Assembly (NCBI GenBank): GCA_964016885.1
Contig: OZ024742.1
Coordinates: 237,956,001-238,020,000 of the forward strand
DNA: 64,000 nucleotides
From: Eledone cirrhosa
Taxonomy: Eukaryota
Direction of reading: 5' to 3'
How positions within the stretch are numbered: position 1 is the first letter of the stretch; each line of letters begins with the position of its first letter. This document shows, piece after piece, positions 32,376-48,800 of this stretch. The position numbers were made by a program, and so were the translations under genes. The notes beneath the pieces were generated by a model. That model was given only the letters and a program-made list of their open reading frames with translations. It was not told the DNA's origin and ran no database searches.

Positions 32376-33421
32376 AAAAAAGCTGAGCTTACTATAGATA
32401 TGTGTACACATAACATAATTCTCGGGGAGATTCAGCGTCACATAGCAAAGCTGGCAATTTTCATTACAGGTACAGCCCGTCGGATTGGCTTTAACCTCTT
32501 TCCGTGTATCTAATTTCACTCATACAGCCTGCACGTGGAGGAGCATTCTACAGACACATAGACTCTTAACGTAATTCTCAGTGTGAGACAAGACTGACTG
32601 TTTGTGTGTAGATCAAATGAGTTGATAATTCAACTGTATAAGTTGAATTCAAAAGCGATTATATTACCCACTGGGAGATTGGCGAAAGACAGTTCAGAGT
32701 TTAGTCCAATTTATAAATTTCTAGTCATAGTAGTTTTACATGCGATTAGTAAAAAATATCTTTCTTATATTTTTTACTAATCGTTCTGACGTTTTCCATA
32801 CCGAGGAATTAAATGGAACCTCCTTCTGTATTTGAATGAAACATGTGTAAATCAATTAAATCATGTATAAAACATTGGTTATTTATTTATTCATTTTTGC
32901 CTTTCATCCTTATGGGGTTGATAAAATAAAGTACCAGTAATACACTGGGTAATTGCTGGCCTTGTGCCAAAACTAGAAACAATTATATATATATATATAT
33001 GTATGTATATATAAATATATATATATATATGTGTGTGTGTGTATGTTTATATATATATACGTGTATATATATATATATATATATATACATATATATATAC
33101 ATATATGGGTAAATATATGTATGTGCATATATGTATGTATATATGCATGCATATATGTATGTATCTATGTATAAATGTATATATATCTATATATATCTCT
33201 CTCTCTACATATATATATATATATATATACATATATACATATATATATACATATATATACATATATATATACATATATATACATATATAGGTAAATATAT
33301 GTGTGCATATATATGCATGTATGCATGCATATATATGTATGTATCTATGTATAAATGTATGTGTGCATATATATGCATATATGCATTCATATATGTATGT
33401 ATCGATGTATAAATGTATAAA

Positions 33422-33502
<81 letters not shown>

Positions 33503-35861
33503 TAAGAAAATAATGGATTAAAATATTCTCTTGCGACATCAACACAAGCTATGAAAGACAGTAAAGTGGATGAAAAGATTTATAAAGTTTGTCAGATGAA
33601 AACACGTCAAAGTAAGATCACACGAAACAAAAAATTAGAAATAATTGGTGATTAATATTTTTTTTTTTTATATTTGTCCAGTCTGGAAGAAACTTCCAGA
33701 CGTTTTACCATACAGATATCAACGCTTGATAAACTATAAATTTCTCTCTATCTAAATGCTAACGCCATTCGTGTTTAACTTTTTTGTTCAACTTAGTTGT
33801 AGGAGAGCCGTGGAGATATATGATGTCTCTAGGGCACTTTAAATCTGATGGTCACCATCTTTGTCTAAGTCTGATTTCTTTCAGAGAAATGTAGATTAAG
33901 AGTCATGAGGAAGTGAGAAAATGTTATAGAGGAAGAAAAGATTACAGTACTAGGCCGGTCCTTTTTTGTATATTGATGCCGAAAGTATTAAAGACAAAGT
34001 CACCTGTGATGGTGCGTGGCCTAGTTGCTAGTGAGTTGGACTCACGATTATATAATTCAATTCGTGGACTAGATACAGCATTATGGTTTTGAGCAAAACC
34101 TTTCATTTCACGTTTTCATGTGACTGGCACCCCTATCATTAAAGCACCGAAGAAACTACCTATGAAATGTAACCGCGTTGGAGGCCAACTAAACCTGCAT
34201 AAGTGTGAACTGTAGTAACAATATGTGACTCGTGTCCCTATCATTAAAACACTCGAGAAATCTACAGAGAGGCACCTCGTAGGAGGTTTACGCTAAACCC
34301 GCATATGTCTGAGATGTAAATTTCATTCTTTTCCAAAGTTGACTCCGGTGGGATTTTCATTTTTACTGCAAAGTCATCTATTTGCCGTTTTAACGAATTT
34401 GCCTGTTGTAAATGCAACTTTTAAATATTCAAATATATAACAGTTTGTCTCAATAAAAACATTCTCCATATGTTTACTCTTTCATTCAAGTAGAATTAGA
34501 AATACTATTCTATTTAATAGAATATAGACTATAAAATCTATTTTCTATAAACCAGTGTATATTTAGTTAGAAGTATAATTATGTATCTACAATTAAAATG
34601 TTTCCGTCAGTATAAATGTTTTATGAATTAGCTTGTTAATGGTGTATATCACCATAGCGCCCCTACGACTCAATTAGAAGTTACGGGTCCGTACATCACA
34701 TAATTAGCTATGTATTATTAAACCCGAGGCAGTTTCCGACGGTCTGTTATCAAAAGGGTTAAATATTTTGATATATATAATATAGAGCGAGTCTTTTTCT
34801 CTGACAGTGAAATATACAATGATCATAAACACCAAGGAAAAATTTCTTGCTGCAATAGATTCATGAAAAGTCAATTTTAAAGTTATAAAACCTCAAATAT
34901 CATCATAAAAATTTCAATTTGATAATAAATTCCATTTCACTGATTAGTATCGAAATCGTTTCCCATCCTTCATCAAAGATGCTGTGAAAAATAACTAATT
35001 TCATTGATATTAGAAAACATGAATTTCCAAGGTGTTATTCAAAAGAAAAATAATAATAATAAATCCACTTTAGTTCTCTTGAATAATTATACTAAATAAT
35101 GCATGCGCTGTCTTTTTTTGCACAGAAGGGTATGAATATGGCTAAATGGAATTCAAGCAATGATTTGAATTGATTTGACAGTTATTTGCTCAATGACTTG
35201 AGGATACTTCGCTTTTTGTATCACTGATGATACAAACAATGAAGAAACGGTTGTAGTATGGCCGTAGGGACTCGGGAATTTTTTCCAATAAGTTATATTA
35301 CTTTATTGATTTATTTGATATCACAGCAATTTCTAATACAAGTGAGATTTGTTTAAAATAATAATCAAGTAAAATCAATAATCTTTCGCCATTAATTTGT
35401 TTTCTGTCATCATCATGATTTGCCTCCAGTTGTAATATTTTGCATAGTTTCATTGCTATGAAAGAAAACTTTCGTTATTAATTTCATCATCCATAACAGC
35501 AAAATACATAGTTACACAACATAAACACACACACACGCGTGCGTGCGCGTGTGTATGACTACTAACATTATTGCATGGAAATTTCTTATCAAGATTATTA
35601 CAGCAGCATGAAGATATAAAATATTTTTTAAAAAACATTTTAGTATTAAATCTTGAAAAATCCCACCACTACCCAATGAGGAAAGGCAGCGATTTGACCT
35701 TAGAACACCGAAATAAATACCACAAGGCATCTTATCTGTCCCTCTAACGATTTTGCAAATTCCCCGTCTTGGACGTTTTAGAAAACAAATGTAAGTTTGT
35801 GTGAAAAATTGAAAATAGGAATTGTTTCATATGAACACGAAATAGCAATGGTGGCTTCTTT

Positions 35862-36081
35862 AATAATTGTTTATTATATAGGCACAAGGCCAGTAATTTG
35901 AGGGAGTTGAAAGTCGATTAAATCGACTCCAGTACGTTACTGGTGCTTTATTTTATCAACCCTGTACGGATGAAAGGCAAAGTTAACTTCGGTGGGATTT
36001 GAACTCAGACCGTAAAGGGCCGTAACTCTATGCTGCAAAGCATGATGTCCGACTCTCTACCGACACTGCCAATCCACCGCA
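35862..36081 (-). mobile_element. Full-length SINE family A
   Basis: A/B boxes, body and tail; flanked by GGCTTCTTTAATAAT on both sides (target-site duplication). Confidence 0.9.
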
Positions 36082-36470
36082 CTTAGTGACTGGCTTCTTT
36101 AATAATAATGACTTACACTGTGTTTGTAAATGTAATTTGTGTTTTACATCACAGTTTTATGCTTCAGATTATATTCCTTGTAATATTTAAAACTGCAATG
36201 ATGCAGCAATCACTAATAATAAAGTGCTAAACGGATGAGTGGAGCTTAAAGTAAAGATTTAGCATGTGGATAGCATCGAGAAATATCCTGATTATCTTTA
36301 TAGTAATGTATAGGCGTAGTCATGGCTCTATAGATAAGGTATTTGCTTCGTAGCCTCTTGGATTCGGGTTGACACTCATTGTGCGGTACCTTCGGAAAGT
36401 GTCTTCTAATATAGCGTCACGTCGACCATTGACATTTGGTAGATGGAAACTGCATATATATATATATATA

Positions 36471-36539
<69 letters not shown>

Positions 36540-36736
36540 AGCAAAGAAAATGTCAATGATACGAAAGATTTCCTGATGGAAGTTCAGGTATACTCCGGGT
36601 GGGTAGCCAGTTTCTGGGTGAAAATCCAATTAGAAAATCCAACGATGTCAACATGAATGGACCTGAAATTTTTATCTAAAGACATTTTTTCCAATCAACC
36701 CGCCCGTCCCCTCAATCTATCTTATTTTTCATTCTT

Positions 36737-36772
36737 TCTTCTGATGAAGGACTAGCATCCGAACCGTTAAGA
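36737..36772 (+). ncRNA. Hammerhead ribozyme with one core change, in a PLE-like terminal fragment (~36535-36860)
   Basis: UCUU CUGAUGA aGGA cuagca UCC GAAC(=GAAA) CGUU AAGA; a deleted homologue lies on the minus strand at ~44810-44880. Confidence 0.55.
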
Positions 36773-36867
36773 CCCTCTTCCTGCTATTTCAAGCGTTAAC
36801 CTAATATATCCCTTCCATATACTGTACCGATTGTGTTGTTATTCCTGTTTACCTTTTACTTACACAC

Positions 36868-36937
<70 letters not shown>

Positions 36938-37721
36938 TTATACGAGTTTAAGCGCCTGAAGATTAGGTCAGAACATTTGTGTGTGTGTGTGTTAACGTGT
37001 AGAAAATAACGCGTCTATATGCCTGCTGAATGATGTTATACAAAACATTGCTCCATTGCTATCAGAATTAGCAATTCAATGTATAAATTGATTAGATGTG
37101 TTCATAAATGATGTGATTTGGTGTGGAAGACATGAATTATTTATCTGTCTGTTGATTTTGTCAGAACTCCAAAACATCGGAATACGAGAACATTAGATTC
37201 TCATGATATTAAAACACTAGAATAGAAAACTAACAAACACAGAAGCTTATGAATATAGAAGTAAGAACCACATATTATGTATAACTTATTCCACTTTAAC
37301 GGAATAGTTCTAGCAGAAAAATATCGTTTAATTACAAAGATTTAAATGTGAAATACACCTGTTATTTCATACATGTTTATTAAATCGAATATAAAATAAA
37401 CTCCACACAATCAGTCACGCAAAGAAATCTCCTGCCCTCTCACCGTATCTTATCTCTACTTGTCTCATTCTCCTTCGCTCTCTTCTTCTATCTCCACTTC
37501 ATTTCTACCCTCCCCCTCTCTCTCTCACGCATACAAATATCCTATACAAACACAATGTTTTTCTCCACCAGTAATTCCACGTCTGACTTTATAATTTATT
37601 CTGGAATATGTACTATAAAATCATAGTCATATATATTAGGTATAAATGTATGAGAAAAGATTGAAATTGTGTACGTCCCATGAGAATTATAAATGTAACC
37701 TACTCTAACCGCGCTGTCAGA

Positions 37722-37930
37722 AATGGTTTCTAATTTAGGTGCTAGATTAGCAAATTTGTGGAAATTAAATCGACGCCAGTACTTGACTGGTACTTTATTT
37801 TGTCGACATCGGAAGACTGGAAGGCAAAGTTGACCTCAACATGATTTGAAATATTGTCGAAAATAACCAGAACAAATACTGCAATTATATTTTAGTGGAC
37901 ACTCTAGCAGGTCTGCTAATCCACCACCTT
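37722..37930 (-). mobile_element. Old SINE family A copy
   Basis: GACTGGTACTTTATTTTGTCGAC..GAAGGCAAAGTTGACCTC..GATTTGAA. Confidence 0.75.
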
Positions 37931-38943
37931 CTCTATTAGTCAATAATGACAGTAAATATATTTATCATACATAGAAACTATAACATTAAATATATCGGTG
38001 TGAGTTCACATCTATTCGTATTTTAAGAATGTAGTTTTTCCTTTTTAATATAACAGAAACCCTGCGCAGAACAACTATTTAACAAAGACAACGTACTGTC
38101 AGAGAATCGATAAATAAGAATAAGACGGTTTTTTCAGAACTCGATGAGGTGGTGTACTGAGATTGTTTAAATAATGTCGTTACTTCACATATCGGACATC
38201 ATTTCATGATGATATTCGTATCCCATTGTAGTGACCTACATTCCGCGGGCTCACATACATTCTCTGTGCGTGATTTGGCTCAGTTCAGCCAATCAGCGCC
38301 AGTAGAAGAGGATGTATCCCTACGCGCCCTGGGAAAGAAATTCCCCGCGAAGATTTGAAGAATCTCTCTCTTGTACCAGAAACTTCGAGCCAGCAACACG
38401 CATAATGTAACGGTGAGATTTGCACCCTAGCCTCGCCGGCTTAACGGCGCAATGGCACATTCCCTTTTGTAACCTCTTTTTATCTGTAACTTCAACCATA
38501 TAAGTTAACAAACATAGTTTGTACTACATCAAAAATAAACATACATTTCATCTCTAATTACTGCTGTTGAAATCATTATTATGTTACTCGTGTCTCAATA
38601 ACATCTATAATCCATGCTGCTGGAATTGGCGACCTGACGAAAGGAATATTGTAAATAGATGGTAAATAGATCGAGGGACCTTCCCTCACGTCTATGTCGA
38701 CAAGATAATCCAACGAGGATACTATCACTTACCACACTGGCAACTAACGACCTTCAATCATCTACCCTGTTAAAGTAACGACTACTCAATAACAAATACT
38801 GCTAAACCATATTTGCTTAATTATGTTGTCCCCATTTTGTAGAAATAGACGTTATTGTACTAATGAAATATACCGCGAAATCACATATAATACGAGTTCG
38901 AATCCTTGATTCCTCACAAATGTAAATCTTCAGATTCCATACA

Positions 38944-38975
<32 letters not shown>

Positions 38976-38978
<3 letters not shown>

Positions 38979-39795
38979 TTATTAAAATAACAGATTAAAG
39001 TTTAAGCAAAGAATCGCTGCTTTCACCCTTAACGAGATCTTCTGAAACTAACAAAGTCAATCTGTAAACGCAGAACTGGATATTTCAAAAAACGTTGCAA
39101 CCGGAGGAAGACACGAAGACGATACTTTGGTTCGTGGTAACGTTCGCTGGCAAAGAACGGGAAAAAACACATGCATACGCGAAATCATCCGCCTTGGGTA
39201 TGCAAATACAGGCACGTATATAAAAACACGGGCTCTGTAATTTATTTACATTATTCTTAACTCTGAAGCCGAGAATCATTCGGTTTCCTTAATAGAATTT
39301 TAGTCTACGACTTCAGTTATACCATAAACGTGGTTTTGTCTTTGCGTGTAATTGTTCCCCACGTTCCAAATAATGACGTATTATCTTCGTTTTTTCCGTT
39401 CATTGCCAAGGAACGTCTCCACGAACCACCTAATAGAATATTAGTCTACAACTTCATTTATACCATAAACGTGGTTTTGTTTTTGCGTGTAATTGTTTTC
39501 ACCGCTCCAAATAATGACGTATTATTCTCATTTTTTTTCCCGTTCTTTGCCAGAGAACCTTTCCACGAACCAAAGTATCGTCTTCCTCTCTTCCTTTGGT
39601 TGCAACGTTTTTCGAAATATTTACTTCTGCGTTCACAGATTGTTTTTTTTTAGTTTCAGAAGATCCAGTTAAGGGTAAAAGCAGCGATTCTTTGCTTAAA
39701 CTTTAATCTGTTATTTTAATAAATATTTGCTCTACCGTTCTTATATATGTGATATATATTTATCCTTATCGAGCCCTCTTTGGGTTTTAGTCTTC

Positions 39796-39797
<2 letters not shown>
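38976..39797 (+). mobile_element. Family G fold-back element: ~190-bp left arm, two internal tandem units, ~70-bp tail
   Basis: Same termini and tail as 25377-26243; inserted in (TA)n. Confidence 0.88.
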
Positions 39798-39882
<85 letters not shown>

Positions 39883-39923
39883 CGAAACATAAGTCAATTG
39901 CATGAACTCATAATCCTTTATTT

Positions 39924-39979
39924 ACTGCTATATATATTTCGATGATAGCCATTGAATGGCTATGACCTCATCAGGCAGT
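39924..39979 (-). ncRNA. Type I hammerhead ribozyme
   Basis: ACUGC CUGAUGA ggucAUAGCCAuucaaUGGCUAUcauc GAAA UAUAUA UA GCAGU; perfect 5-bp stem I, palindromic stem III, AUA site. Confidence 0.8.
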
Positions 39980-40266
39980 TAGTCAGTTCTTAGATATTCC
40001 AGCTCTGTGTGTATAGTGTTGATGGTATCAGAGCCTTTGGACATATGAGCTTGTTAGGAATAATTCGATGTTGTCAGCAGGAATAGTCTTGATTCTCATT
40101 GGTCAGTTTGTAGATGGTAGTAGGTTGGTATTTGACCTCAAAGAGGCCGGTATATATATATATAGTTATATTTGGGGAGGGTCATATTTTTATAATTAAT
40201 TCGGCTGGCAATCAATGTTTATTATTGATTGACCAACATTTAAAAATATAGATATAAATGTATTTT

Positions 40267-40308
40267 GTCAGAGTTCTTTCGTCACACAACTGTTACATCA
40301 TCAGTGAT
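40267..40308 (-). ncRNA. Hammerhead ribozyme of the 60600 family, older copy
   Basis: AUCA CUGAUGA uGUaAC aguugu GUgAC GAAA GAAC UC UGAC. Confidence 0.55.
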
Positions 40309-40591
40309 GCTATTATGTTTCCTCCCGTTGTATTCCAGCAATGTTTTCTTATGCTATTTTTATTTATCTATTTATTTATTGTTGCCTCTGTTTGTGCATA
40401 CGTTTGTGTGCATGTATTCTGTTTGGTGCGTGTTCGTGTGTTCATGACTGTGTCTGTGTGTGTTAATGTGTGGATGTTGTTATTGTATCACACACACACT
40501 TATCTTAATAGCCATTTGAACTGTCAACAGGCTGCGGTTCGCACACACATCCCTGCTAACCATTATCACAGCATCGAACACTTTACTACTA

Positions 40592-40651
<60 letters not shown>

Positions 40652-41032
40652 TTGTTGTGAAAGAGTCATTTCTAAGTCTTGGCGCAAAATCAATTTTTTA
40701 CATTCACATGACCTCTACCGACCAATCAAAATTGTTTTGACCACAAGAATTTTTGCAACACCAAGTAGCGCTGGAGCCACTTTTTTAACATAAAAACAGG
40801 TAGAATTCCCAAAACTAATCAGATCAGAGCAAACAACACGGACGCTCTATCTCAAAATTGTTTTTGAAAAGCATTTAGAAATGCGCAACAACAGGTAAAA
40901 ACTTAAAACCAAAACTGAATACTAACCAATACAATCACTAATACTCTTTTATTCCTAATTAAACTATTTTTCAACTGTGAACAATTTGTCAGCATTTTCT
41001 ATTCCGTTTACCAATATATATATATATTCTTT

Positions 41033-41103
<71 letters not shown>

Positions 41104-41149
41104 GTGCTTCGACGTATGAGGGTTCAACAGTTTAGCTGCGTATTTACAC

Positions 41150-41900
41150 ATCACGCTGCATTTTGTGCAGATGACAGGATTGAAAGTTTGATCGAATCTT
41201 GATATTAGATCTTAGATCACGAAGATGGACCAGACAAGATGTTTTAAAGTTCTGTATACCTTCATGGCAGACAGTTCTCCATTTTCCCGGTCAGTAGCAA
41301 CGTCTTCAAAAGAAATAAGATGTATGTTCGCATATTTAATATTGTACTTCAGTTTGGCTTTATATCTGAGTAATTGCCGTCCTATATTAAGTTCATAATT
41401 AGGAACTTGTATGTATAACAGTACTTTGGGTGTGCAGTCCTCAGTCATCCACAGGATATGACCAGCCCATCTAAGATGGGATTACATCAGAAATGACTCA
41501 ATTTAATCGTAATTACACATCGTGAACAGATCGGAATTGGATACTCTCTCAGAAAATGCATAACCACAAATAGAGCCACGACAAGGTTTGTGGAAGACAT
41601 CAAGCTAATAAATGTGGCGGCGATAAAGTGTCCATGAATCCGTATAAATTTGTTGTCAGTAACACTACACGATAAACTGCAACTTTTGTTTTTAGAGATA
41701 TACCCGTTACAATCCGTGGACGATGATGTAGATTGCCAAAAACGGCAGCTGCTTTGGAGGCACGATTGACGATCTAATTATCCACGTATACAGAGGGGTC
41801 CACCTTATTGCCAAGATAAGTAAAGGAGTTCACTTACTTCAGATACTAGAGGAATGATGTTAGGAATTTAGCAATGTCAAATCTAATGATAAAACCAGCA
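41150..41900 (-). mobile_element. Decayed RTE (BovB-like) LINE 3' fragment
   Basis: SFTYLGN, RASKAAAVFGNL, GISLKTKVAVYR, HLRWAGHILWMTEDCTPKVLLY...GRQLLRYKAKLK...DR. Confidence 0.8.
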
Positions 41901-42186
41901 CCAGACTGATTGTGGTCTCTTTCATTTTTTTCTGGACCAGAAGACTGTGTACCGTTCTCCTACTTCTTCCATTCGGAGTGGGCCAGAGAGTCGTGTTCAC
42001 TTATGGCACAGATATAGATATTATATCTATTGAGTGCATTGCAGATAAGGGCTGAAGATCTTCGTTCCAGATTTGAATTTCTGATGCTTTATATTTGTTA
42101 CACACACACACAGGTATACATATATATATATTATATATATATATATATATATAATATATATATATATAGTAATAATAATAAATGTG

Positions 42187-42278
42187 AAGACTAAAATCCA
42201 AAGAGGGCTCGATAAGGATAAATATATATCAAATATATAAGAACCGTAGAGCAAATATTTATATCTGTTATTTTAATA

Positions 42279-42280
<2 letters not shown>
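42187..42280 (-). mobile_element. Family G tail-only fragment
   Basis: Reverse complement of the 26173-26243 tail, followed by ATCTGTTATTTTAATAAA. Confidence 0.75.
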
Positions 42281-42309
<29 letters not shown>

Positions 42310-42657
42310 CTTATATATATATATATTGATATAACATACATGCTCACGCATTATATATATATATATATAATATATATACATCGGTGGTCACACTTAAACG
42401 AGTATGACGTGGTGTTAGATTTTTACCCTAATTATTATTAAATAATGAAGTAACTCTAACAACGATGCTTCACTCCTTCGTGGGACTGTAGACCAAAAAC
42501 CTGGTACAAACACTCCCGCAGATATTGAAGAATATAATTGGCGGTGACGCTATGGTAGATCTTTCATTCTTTCGTTCATATTTAATTCTGCATCTTTTAC
42601 TCCTTTCTTTACAGCTCTCCCGCATTTTTAGAGTTAGTTACTGTCTTCTCTCACAAA

Positions 42658-42768
<111 letters not shown>

Positions 42769-43456
42769 ACGTATGATAGATACACTAAGGGGCAGAGAAA
42801 AAGAGAAGTATAGATTTTAATTTTAATTCTCTTGTTGCCATTCAGGCATCCTCTTTATTTTGTTCAATCATCTCTTACTGTGTTACACGAAATATACAAA
42901 CATACAACGAAATTTAAGTATGCAGATACAATTTAAGTAATATGAGAAATGCCAAAAAGCCTGATCAATGAATGAATGAGATAATTTTTCTCTAATATAC
43001 CTGGATTATATTAGTTTTGTAGTATAAGTAATGGAAAAATGAATTATTTCTGAAAATATGAATGTCACGGGAAATGGGAGACACTGCAATTTTACAATTG
43101 ATATTATATTGCTGATTCACCTTACCATATACTTCACATCTACGACATTACCAGCCAATGATAGAGGTTCTACCTGTTCGCTCTACCTTCTCGAAAACGC
43201 ATCTATATTACTTAATAATTTATTCTAATGACTAAATCATTTCGTTACTATATTTCTAATAAAAAACACTGTATTATTTTCAAAACAAATTTGAAAATGA
43301 TCCGAAATTTTGAGAGATTTACTAATATAACAGGCTTTCTCGTTATGTTCTGTTTGAACATAAAGATTCATACATAGAATTATGATAGAAACTTTTGAGA
43401 TAAATATATAAACTTAAACTTCCCATATTTTTTACCATATATTTACACATGCACAC

Positions 43457-43543
<87 letters not shown>

Positions 43544-43545
<2 letters not shown>

Positions 43546-44465
43546 GGAACGAGTAGGACCCCGACGGCTGAGCTCAAGCCGTTTCGATCAAGCCAGTCGA
43601 TCTGGGAGTGAGGGATGATATGTGTTGATGATGTTAATGATGTTAATGATTGTTGAAGTATGTGGGTGTATCTAGTGGTGGCGGTGGTGGTGTGTGCGAC
43701 AGTACATTTACAGAGTCGAATTTAGCGTGGGTTGTAGGTTAGGGTAGACAGAGGGAACATGGGGGAATAAGGTTGCGGGTTTGGACGGTAGACATATTAC
43801 GATGTGTACTGTGGTGGTGGTGGCGATGGTGTGATATGATCGACATAATATTTACAGGATCAGATGTTACTATGGTTTGCAAGGTAAAACCTGACAGAGA
43901 GGACAGATAGAACACAATGTTACAAGGATGAGGGGTATATGGCGATGTGATTTTTGGTGGGGGTGATGTATGCGGCATGATATACAAAATACGGGCTTAC
44001 AAATGGTTACATGCAATACAATAAAATAAATTCACTGAGATGGGCGATGGTGAGACGGGGCAGAGGTGGTTATCATTATGCTGGGTCATGGTTAGTGTGC
44101 GGCTCTCCCCCGAATGTTTGTGCGGAAAATGTGTTCAGCCTGGTGTGGCTGCAATTGACAATTATGTCCGACCTGTAGTTTATGGCAGATTTTAATTTAA
44201 TTATTTCTGCCGCCTCAGCCAAGCATAACCTGCAGTGGTTTCTGTCACTGGGGAGTTGTGCCACGCGTCTTTTCACTGACCACGAGATCTGGGGTTCGAT
44301 GTTCCTGTCCTTGAGGTCCCAGATCAAATCGGCCAGTCTGGTTTGGGATCGTTTCAGCCTATGTTTAAAGGAGCTTCTATGGTTATGCCAGCGCTCCTTA
44401 AACGTAGTGGATGTCGCACCTATATATGAGTACTCTTTATTGCCGGCTGTGACATCGCGCGTCAC
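43544..44465 (-). mobile_element. 5'-truncated Penelope-like element: GIY-YIG ORF (44076-44465) plus a 3' end matching family B
   Basis: YIGATSTTFKERWHNHRSSF..TRLADLIWDLK..ISWSV..CRLCLAE..INYRSDI..CSH; terminal GAAACGGCTTGAGCTCAGCCGTCGGGGTC then (TA)n. Confidence 0.88.
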
Positions 44466-44618
44466 CTACCAATAAATGTAATGAAGGAGTAACAAATCGT
44501 CCTTGTTATCCTTTCAATATATTACACTCTGTGTAGCTCTACACCTCATCACAGAAGTGAACCTAAACATCGAGTGCTCTCCCGGGTGAACCTGCAGTAA
44601 CTCCAAGTTACACCCCCT

Positions 44619-44727
<109 letters not shown>

Positions 44728-45012
44728 TGTGTGTGTATGTATGTGTATGTATGTATGTATATATGTGTGAGTGTATGTAAAACGTAATCGAAAACAACAA
44801 TGCAAACAACACAGTACAATGAAGAAATATATTAGTTTAACGCTTGATATAGTAGGACACTAGTTTTTCATCAGAAGATAAAATGAGAAATAAAAGATGA
44901 AATAGAAAGATAGAGAGTGAGAAGAGGAAGGGACGGAACTTTGGATGGTTTTTTTTTTAAAGAAAAACCACGTCTGTGTTCATTCAGTTATTTTGGATAT
45001 ATATAGATATAT

Positions 45013-45160
<148 letters not shown>

Positions 45161-45460
45161 TATAGAGTAAAGCATGTTCAGAGAATTATTTGATAATATA
45201 TATACATCATCTCTACTCCCAATCAGCATAATTAACCACACAAAAAATCAATTAGACCAGGCTATAAGAATAAAAGGCACCTATGAAGAAACAGTAAATA
45301 AATACGACACAGCAGCGTCTTCGCGGCCAACCGCTAAAGAATATTTACCCAACATTTCAACACCACGTGGAACTTAATTAAATATACGGTCAACCATACA
45401 TAATTAGGTAAAAATTAAAGTTAGAAATGCTTATATACATACCAGGATTAAATCACTAAA

Positions 45461-45537
45461 TCCCGACCCATGGATTTCGCTCACATTTTGAGATATCTTA
45501 TTAAGGATAAATCTCGAGTTTGGAGCTCTTCAGGGGA
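45461..45537 (-). ncRNA. Type I hammerhead ribozyme with extended stem II (unit 1)
   Basis: UCCC CUGAAGA GCUC-[long hairpin]-GAGC GAAA UCC au GGG UC GGGA; full core, G-C closing pair of stem II, GUC site. Confidence 0.88.
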
Positions 45538-46148
45538 CAAACTCGCTAGGACAGATTATTTTCCGAAGTTGCCCCCGCCAAACACGAATTCAAAAAGGTT
45601 GAGAACTGTGACGTGGCAGTGGTCAAGTCAGGAAGGGTGTGATTGGTTGCTTACGGTGAGTGGGTTGGTTGCTAGAAAGACCAGCCCAGTATCGCCCAAA
45701 TTGTATCTCAACCTTATGGGAGATTATTAAATATAAATATTTACACATACACCAATTAAACAAAGTCACAGGTATATATGTGTTTTGGCAACTATTCACG
45801 ATGTGGCTCAATGAAGAATTAATAAATTAAATAATCAGAGCAAAATACTATAGAGTAAAGCATGTCCAGAGAATTATTTGATAATATATATACATCATCT
45901 CTACTCCCAATCACCATAATTAACCACACAAAAAATCAATTAGACCAGGCTATAAGAATAAAAGGCATCTATGAAGAAACAGTAAATAAATACGCCACAG
46001 CAGCGTCTTCGCGGCCAACCGCTAAAGAATATTTACCCAACATTTCAACACCACGTGGAAATTAATTAAATATACGGTCAACCATACATAATTAGGTAAA
46101 AATTAAAGTTAGAAATGCTTATATACATACCAGGATTAAATCACTAAA

Positions 46149-46225
46149 TCCCGACCCATGGATTTCGCTCACATTTTGAGATATCTTATTAAGGATAAAT
46201 CTCGAGTTTGGAGCTCTTCAGGGGA
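46149..46225 (-). ncRNA. Type I hammerhead ribozyme (unit 2)
   Basis: Identical by eye to 45461-45537; a third, half copy lies at 46836-46884. Confidence 0.88.
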
Positions 46226-46882
46226 CAAACTCGCTAGGACAGATTATTTTCCGAAGTTGCCCCCGCCAAACACGAATTCAAAAAGGTTGAGAACTGTGAC
46301 GTGGCAGTGGTCAAGTCAGGAAGGGTGTGATTGGTTGCTTACGGTGAGTGGGTTGGTTGCTAGAAAGACCAGCCCAGTATCGCCCAAATTGTATCTCAAC
46401 CTTATGGGAGATTATTAAATATAAATATTTACACATACACCAATTAAACAAAGTCACAGGTATATATGTGTTTTGGCAACTATTCACGATGTGGCTCAAT
46501 GAAGAATTAATAAATTAAATAATCAGAGCAAAATACTATAGAGTAAAGCATGTCCAGAGAATTATTTGATAATATATATACATCATCTCTACTCCCAATC
46601 AGCATAATTAACCACACAAAAAATCAATTAGACCAGGCTATAAGAATAAAAGGCATCTATGAAGAAACAGTAAATAAATACGCCACAGCAGCGTCTTCGC
46701 GTCCAACCGCTATAGAATATTTACCCAACATTTCAACAGCACGTGAAATTAATTAAATATACGGTCAACCATACATAATTAGGTAAAAATTAAAGTTAGA
46801 AATGCTTATATACATACCAGGATTAAATCACTAAATCCCGACCCATGGATTTCGCTTACATTTTGAGATATCTTATTAAGGA

Positions 46883-47685
<803 letters not shown>

Positions 47686-47712
47686 TTTATATATATATAT
47701 TTTCATTATATT

Positions 47713-48800
<1,088 letters not shown>

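Noticed and set aside
34720-34762. AAAGGGTTAA resembling a piggyBac-type end
   Set aside because: No matching opposite terminus found.
35221-35260. CTGATGA...GAAAC motif (and a similar partial motif at ~55283)
   Set aside because: Stems I and II do not pair convincingly.
45174-46756. Repeated 62-86 aa ORFs in the 688-bp array
   Set aside because: No recognisable motif; they recur only because the DNA is repeated.
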